DNA of 32,000 bases from Aquifex aeolicus VF5 (GTDB lineage: Bacteria; Aquificota; Aquificia; Aquificales; Aquificaceae). Numbering within the stretch: the stretch's first letter is position 1; the number at the start of each line of letters is the position of its first letter. A model generated the notes under the pieces. It was not told the origin of the DNA and did not search any database. It was given only the letters and a program-made list of their open reading frames with translations. Location of the stretch: assembly GCF_000008625.1 (NCBI RefSeq), contig NC_000918.1, forward strand, positions 420,001 through 452,000, in the 5' to 3' direction. Shown here one piece after another: positions 28,050 to 32,000 of the stretch. Made by a program: the position numbers and the translations under genes.

Positions 28050-28748
28050 TTAGAATCCTAAAAATCCAAAATCTTGCTCCTTCCTCTGTATTAAACCACG
28101 TTGAACCATATTGTTCTCGAGAATCTTTATCAGGAGTTCGGGGTTGCAGTCCTTGGGACAGGAAAAGGTACAGTTCTTGCAGTGAGTACAGCTCTGGATG
28201 TTCAGGGGAACCAAATCCTTGAGTTTGTCCAGACCTTTTTTATTCCTCTTGTCAAAGACAACTCCGTAAGCTTTCGTGAAAGTGGAGGGTAGCCCGAAGT
28301 TTTTATCCGCCTGAATGGCCGGACATACGTAATTACATATACCGCAAAGGATACAGTCCCAGCTCTTCTCGGTGTTTTTGAGTTCGTCGGGCTTCAAGGG
28401 TATGTTCGTGGGAAGGGGCTCAAACCAGACTCTTCCTTTTTTTAATTTTTCATATATAAATTCATGTTCAACTACTAAATCCTTTATGGGAGGAGCTACA
28501 TCAACGGGCTCTAAAGTTATGTCGTCGTACACTCTGGTGTTGCACGCGAGTTTGTGTTCTCCGTTTACCTTTACCACACACGTCCCGCAAATTCCTGCCC
28601 TGCACATCGCCCTGAAGGAAAGTGTAGGATCTATTTCCTTAATGTTTTGTAAAATTTCCAGAACCGTTTTTCCCTCTCCGTCTACTTCGTACTCCTCCCA
28701 CCGAAAATCACCGTCCGAATAACGCTTTATCTTTACCTTCATACTCAA
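28050..28748 (-). CDS. Succinate dehydrogenase / fumarate reductase iron-sulfur subunit-like protein
   Basis: 232 aa. 2Fe-2S region FRAMCRAGICGTCVVKVNGEHKLAC, cluster CILCGICNYVCP and cluster CTHCKNCTFSCPKDCNP. No flavoprotein subunit gene is adjacent. Confidence 0.85.
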   Translation of the reverse strand: MSMKVKIKRYSDGDFRWEEYEVDGEGKTVLEILQNIKEIDPTLSFRAMCRAGICGTCVVKVNGEHKLACNTRVYDDITLEPVDVAPPIKDLVVEHEFIYEKLKKGRVWFEPLPTNIPLKPDELKNTEKSWDCILCGICNYVCPAIQADKNFGLPSTFTKAYGVVFDKRNKKGLDKLKDLVPLNIQSCTHCKNCTFSCPKDCNPELLIKILENNMVQRGLIQRKEQDFGFLGF

Positions 28749-28781
28749 AATTTTATAGCTTTAGAATTTATTATCCAGATT

Positions 28782-30404
28782 ATGGAACTCTTTATAGTGG
28801 AGTCTCCAACGAAGGCAAAAACCATTCAGAAGTTCCTCGGAAAAGGCTTCTTAGTTAAAGCCACACTGGGACACGTAAAGGATCTTCCCGAAAAGGAACT
28901 CGGCGTTGACCTCAGAACCCTGAAGGCAAAGTACGTATACAAAAGGGGAAAGAAAAAACTCGTGGAACAACTCAAAAAATTGTCAAGAAGGTCAAGTATA
29001 GTCTATCTGGGAACGGACCCCGACCGTGAAGGGGAAGCCATTGCCTACTTTTTAAAGAAAGATCTCGAAAAGGTAAATAAAAACATAAAGAGAGCTGTCT
29101 TTTACGAAATAACGCCGGAAGCCATAAGGGAAAGCATAAGAAACGCGGGCGACGTGAACATGAACTTAGTTTACGCCCAGTTTGCAAGGAGGATACTCGA
29201 CAGACTCATAGGTTACTTAATATCCCCAATACTCTGGAAGGAGTTCAAGAACTACAAACTCTCGGCGGGAAGAGTGCAGTCGCCTGCCCTCAGACTTATA
29301 GTGGAAAGGGAAAGGGAAATTCAGAACTTTAAAGTTAAGAAGTATTACTACGTAAAGGCCTTACTCAGAAAGGGGAGTGAAGAGTTTTGGGCTATTTACG
29401 ATTACCGCTACGAAAACCCCTCGGACGCAAAAATCATAGCCAAAAAGCTGGAGAAGGGATATTTCAGCGTTTACAAAGTGGAAAAGAAAAAGGAAAAAGT
29501 GTCACCTCCCAAGCCCTTTATAACCTCCGATCTCCAGTCAGAAGCAAATGCAAAGTTCGGATTTTCGAGTGAGAGGACACAGAAGTTGGCTCAGGAACTC
29601 TACGAAAAGGGATACATAACCTATCCCAGAACGGACAGCTACAGGATGAACGAAAAAAAGGCAAAGGAATTTATGAACTACATAGAAAAGAAGTACGGAA
29701 AGGAATACGTGGGAAGGTTGAGGAGGTTCAGGGAAAAGGCAACCGCGCAGGGTGCCCACGAGTGTATCAGACCAACAAGCCTGAGGGAAGAAATTCCTGA
29801 AAGGGAAGAATTGAGACTTCTTTACGACTTGATTTTCAGGAGAACGATAGCGAGTCTTATGAAAGAAATGCTCCTGGAAAGGGAAAAGGTTACGGTAGAG
29901 GCGATTACACCAGAACTCAAGCACCCTGTTTACCTCGTGGCAAAGGGATTGAAAATCGTCTTTGACGGATGGAGCAGAGTTTACCCGAGTGAGATAACCG
30001 AAGAGAAACTTCCAGAACTTTACGAAGGGGATCTATTAGATCTCGTGAAAACGACACTTGAGGAAAGGAAGACCCAGCCACCTCCGAGATACACGGAAGG
30101 AACTCTCATAAAGACCCTTGAGAAACTGGGAATAGGAAGACCTTCCACCTACGCAACTATAGTGAAAACACTGAAAGAGAGAGGGTACGTTGAAGTAAAG
30201 AAAAAAGCTTTAGTACCAACCGAGATAGCCTTTCAGGTCGTTGAATTTTTAATGGAAAGATTTCCCACACTTATGGATTACAAGTTTACCGCCCAGATGG
30301 AGGAAAAACTCGATCTCGTTGAAGAAGGAAAGCTCAATTGGAAGTCTGTAGTTTACGAGTTCATGGAAAAGATCTTCGGTAAGGAGTTGGAAATGGTAAG
30401 ATAG
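28782..30404 (+). CDS. topA: Type IA DNA topoisomerase (TopA core only, no C-terminal Zn ribbons)
   Basis: 540 aa. Toprim LFIVESPTKAKTI and GTDPDREGE, active-site Tyr context YITYPRTDS. It ends right after the core (..EEKLDLVEEGKLNW..). Confidence 0.9.
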   Translation: MELFIVESPTKAKTIQKFLGKGFLVKATLGHVKDLPEKELGVDLRTLKAKYVYKRGKKKLVEQLKKLSRRSSIVYLGTDPDREGEAIAYFLKKDLEKVNKNIKRAVFYEITPEAIRESIRNAGDVNMNLVYAQFARRILDRLIGYLISPILWKEFKNYKLSAGRVQSPALRLIVEREREIQNFKVKKYYYVKALLRKGSEEFWAIYDYRYENPSDAKIIAKKLEKGYFSVYKVEKKKEKVSPPKPFITSDLQSEANAKFGFSSERTQKLAQELYEKGYITYPRTDSYRMNEKKAKEFMNYIEKKYGKEYVGRLRRFREKATAQGAHECIRPTSLREEIPEREELRLLYDLIFRRTIASLMKEMLLEREKVTVEAITPELKHPVYLVAKGLKIVFDGWSRVYPSEITEEKLPELYEGDLLDLVKTTLEERKTQPPPRYTEGTLIKTLEKLGIGRPSTYATIVKTLKERGYVEVKKKALVPTEIAFQVVEFLMERFPTLMDYKFTAQMEEKLDLVEEGKLNWKSVVYEFMEKIFGKELEMVR

Positions 30405-30480
30405 TGGTGGCCCAGGGCGGAGTCGAACCGCCGACACCCCGGTTTTCAGCCGGGTGCTCTACCACCTGAGCTACCGGGCC
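30405..30480 (-). tRNA. tRNA-Phe (anticodon GAA), CCA encoded
   Basis: The reverse complement folds as: GGCCCGG TA GCTC AGGTGGTA GAGC A CCCGG CTGAAAA CCGGG GTGTC GGCGG TTCGACT CCGCC CTGGGCC A CCA. Confidence 0.93.
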
Positions 30481-30493
30481 TTACGACAAAAAT

Positions 30494-30524
30494 ATATTAT
30501 ATATTCCATTCCCTTTGAGTTCAA
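30494..30524 (-). promoter_or_regulatory. tRNA-Phe promoter candidate: -35 TTGAAC, 17-nt spacer, -10 TATAAT inside the shared ATATATAATAT motif
   Basis: On the minus strand, TTGAAC is the reverse complement of 30519-30524 and TATAAT is the reverse complement of 30496-30501. The 11-mer occupies 30494-30504, 14 nt from the tRNA 5-prime end. Confidence 0.55.
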
Positions 30525-30542
30525 GTGTCATAATTTAATTGT

Positions 30543-30833
30543 ATGCCCAAGGTGATAGTTGCAAACATAAACGCGGAGTTTGAAGGAATAGAAAATGAAA
30601 CAATTATGCAAATCCTTTACAGGAACGGGATAGAAATAGACAGCGCCTGCGGCGGGCACGGGCAGTGTACTTCTTGCAAGGTACTTATAATTTCGGGTTC
30701 CGAAAATCTGTACCCTGCGGAGTTCGAAGAAAAAGACACTCTGGAAGAAAACGGCATGGATCCCGAAACGGAGAGGCTTTCGTGTCAGGCTAAACTGAAC
30801 GGAAAAGGCGACGTGGTTATTTACCTTCCTTAA
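30543..30833 (+). CDS. 2Fe-2S ferredoxin
   Basis: 96 aa with four Cys in a C-x5-C-x2-C ... C arrangement (SACGGHGQCTSCKV ... LSCQAK). Confidence 0.8.
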   Translation: MPKVIVANINAEFEGIENETIMQILYRNGIEIDSACGGHGQCTSCKVLIISGSENLYPAEFEEKDTLEENGMDPETERLSCQAKLNGKGDVVIYLP

Positions 30834-30861
30834 GGAATTTTTATGATTTTAATAAGAAACT

Positions 30862-30879
30862 TGAATGAATTATCATTCA
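30862..30879. promoter_or_regulatory. Perfect palindrome TGAATGA-atta-TCATTCA upstream of the hydrogenase operon (candidate operator)
   Basis: 7-bp arms with a 4-nt spacer, 37 nt upstream of ATG 30916. It is immediately followed by a TGTATACT -10-like element (30886-30893) and the AGGAGG SD (30905-30910). Confidence 0.4.
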
Positions 30880-30915
30880 CGAAAGTGTATACTAAAAAAA
30901 TAACAGGAGGTGGGT

Positions 30916-31977
30916 ATGGAAACTTTCTGGGAAGTTTTTAAAAGACACGGAGTAAGTAGAAGGGATTTCTTAAAGTTTGCAACTACGATAACGGGCCTTA
31001 TGGGCCTTGCCCCTTCCATGGTTCCCGAAGTCGTAAGGGCCATGGAGACTAAACCCAGAGTTCCCGTTTTATGGATACACGGACTCGAGTGCACGTGCTG
31101 TTCCGAGTCTTTCATACGTTCAGCTACTCCTCTGGCTTCCGATGTAGTTCTCTCCATGATTTCCCTGGAGTACGACGACACACTCTCTGCAGCTGCGGGA
31201 GAGGCGGTTGAAAAGCACAGGGAAAGAATCATAAAGGAATACTGGGGCAACTACATACTCGCTGTTGAAGGAAACCCGCCCCTCGGCGAAGACGGCATGT
31301 ACTGCATAATAGGCGGAAGACCTTTTGTGGAAATACTTAAGGAAAGTGCGGAAGGGGCAAAGGCTGTAATAGCGTGGGGAAGTTGTGCTTCCTGGGGATG
31401 CGTTCAGGCGGCAAAACCAAACCCCACGACTGCAGTTCCCATAGATAAAGTAATAAAGGATAAGCCAATAATAAAGGTTCCCGGATGTCCTCCCATAGCC
31501 GAGGTTATGACCGGAGTAATTATGTATATGGTTCTATTCGACAGAATCCCTCCTTTGGACTCTCAGGGAAGACCTAAGATGTTCTACGGAAACAGGATTC
31601 ACGATACCTGTTACAGGAGATCCTTCTTCAACGCCGGTCAATTCGTTGAGCAGTTTGACGACGAAGGGGCTAAGAAAGGTTGGTGCCTTTACAAGGTAGG
31701 ATGCAGAGGACCCACGACTTACAACTCCTGTGGTAACATGAGGTGGTACAACGGACTCTCCTATCCCATCCAGTCGGGACACGGTTGTATAGGCTGTGCG
31801 GAAAACAACTTCTGGGATAACGGACCCTTCTACGAAAGGATCGGTGGAATACCTGTTCCCGGAATAGAAAGCAAGGCGGACAAGGTTGGAGCTATTGCGG
31901 CGGCAGCTGCTGCAGGCGGTGCAATAATTCACGGTATAGCTTCCAAGATAAGAAAGTCAGGTGAAAAGGAAGAATAA
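30916..31977 (+). CDS. [NiFe]-hydrogenase small subunit, Tat-exported (membrane-bound uptake type)
   Basis: Twin-arginine signal SRRDFLKFA and Fe-S ligand motifs [21 protein letters not shown] and GHGCIGC. I prefer ATG 30916, 5 nt after AGGAGG, over the track's GTG 30910. Confidence 0.92.
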   Translation: METFWEVFKRHGVSRRDFLKFATTITGLMGLAPSMVPEVVRAMETKPRVPVLWIHGLECTCCSESFIRSATPLASDVVLSMISLEYDDTLSAAAGEAVEKHRERIIKEYWGNYILAVEGNPPLGEDGMYCIIGGRPFVEILKESAEGAKAVIAWGSCASWGCVQAAKPNPTTAVPIDKVIKDKPIIKVPGCPPIAEVMTGVIMYMVLFDRIPPLDSQGRPKMFYGNRIHDTCYRRSFFNAGQFVEQFDDEGAKKGWCLYKVGCRGPTTYNSCGNMRWYNGLSYPIQSGHGCIGCAENNFWDNGPFYERIGGIPVPGIESKADKVGAIAAAAAAGGAIIHGIASKIRKSGEKEE

Positions 31978-31991
31978 GGGAGGTGTTATAG

Positions 31992-32000
31992 ATGAAGAGA
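31992..32000 (+). CDS. Start of the next gene (expected hydrogenase large subunit); only 3 codons are visible
   Basis: GGGAGG SD at 31978-31983, then ATGAAGAGA at 31992. The product is inferred only from the usual small-large subunit gene order. Confidence 0.3.

Noticed and set aside
30862-30879. The palindrome as a Fur box
   Set aside because: It resembles the AATGA..TCATT core of the Fur consensus, but the central spacing is one nucleotide longer than I recall for the 19-bp Fur box (7-1-7 type). I report it only as a generic operator candidate.
30873-31932. Minus-strand ORFs (125 and 132 aa) within the hydrogenase small-subunit gene
   Set aside because: They are antisense to a gene with a Tat signal and all Fe-S ligand motifs, so they are spurious.

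Overview
Almost fully coding chromosomal window. K/E/I-rich proteins, GGAGG ribosome-binding sites, a Tat-exported [NiFe]-hydrogenase, a futalosine-type radical-SAM enzyme and ThyX suggest a hyperthermophilic hydrogen-oxidising bacterium, probably Aquifex/Aquificales (inference from gene content, not verified). Most genes are housekeeping: a ZnuACB-like metal ABC importer, MidA-type methyltransferase, PBP1A, BioF, a FadL-type outer-membrane channel, a MoaD/ThiS-like carrier, SMC, a TIGR01212-type radical-SAM protein, LigA, an LMW-PTP/ArsC-like protein, a Trm112-like mini-ORF, a HAD hydrolase, a LysR regulator, a DsrE-like protein, ThyX, RtcA, a YaaA-like protein, an MqnC/E-type enzyme, TsaC, a LysM-M23 peptidase, acylphosphatase, FliG, an FrdB/SdhB-like Fe-S protein, a minimal TopA, a 2Fe-2S ferredoxin, the hydrogenase small subunit, tRNA-Arg(CCU) and tRNA-Phe(GAA). 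The stand-out is an AT-rich islet of about 3.1 kb (about 20.8-23.9 kb) abutting the 3-prime end of tRNA-Arg. It encodes a PD-(D/E)xK McrC-like nuclease, a small possible reader domain and a McrB-like AAA+ NTPase, in nuclease-first order. Both large genes are interrupted by single-nucleotide homopolymer frameshifts (T5 and A8). I read it as a divergent McrBC-like type IV restriction or defence module, possibly phase-variable or decaying. Other notable points: three more broken genes (G3 frameshift in the ABC permease, in-frame TAA in the FadL-like gene, 11-bp tandem duplication in the HAD gene); tight frdB-fliG coupling; a catalytic-Cys-less LMW-PTP homologue; an 11-nt motif at identical spacing upstream of both tRNAs; candidate leaderless promoters; and a palindrome upstream of the hydrogenase operon. 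All family assignments rest on motifs read by eye, since no searches could be run.
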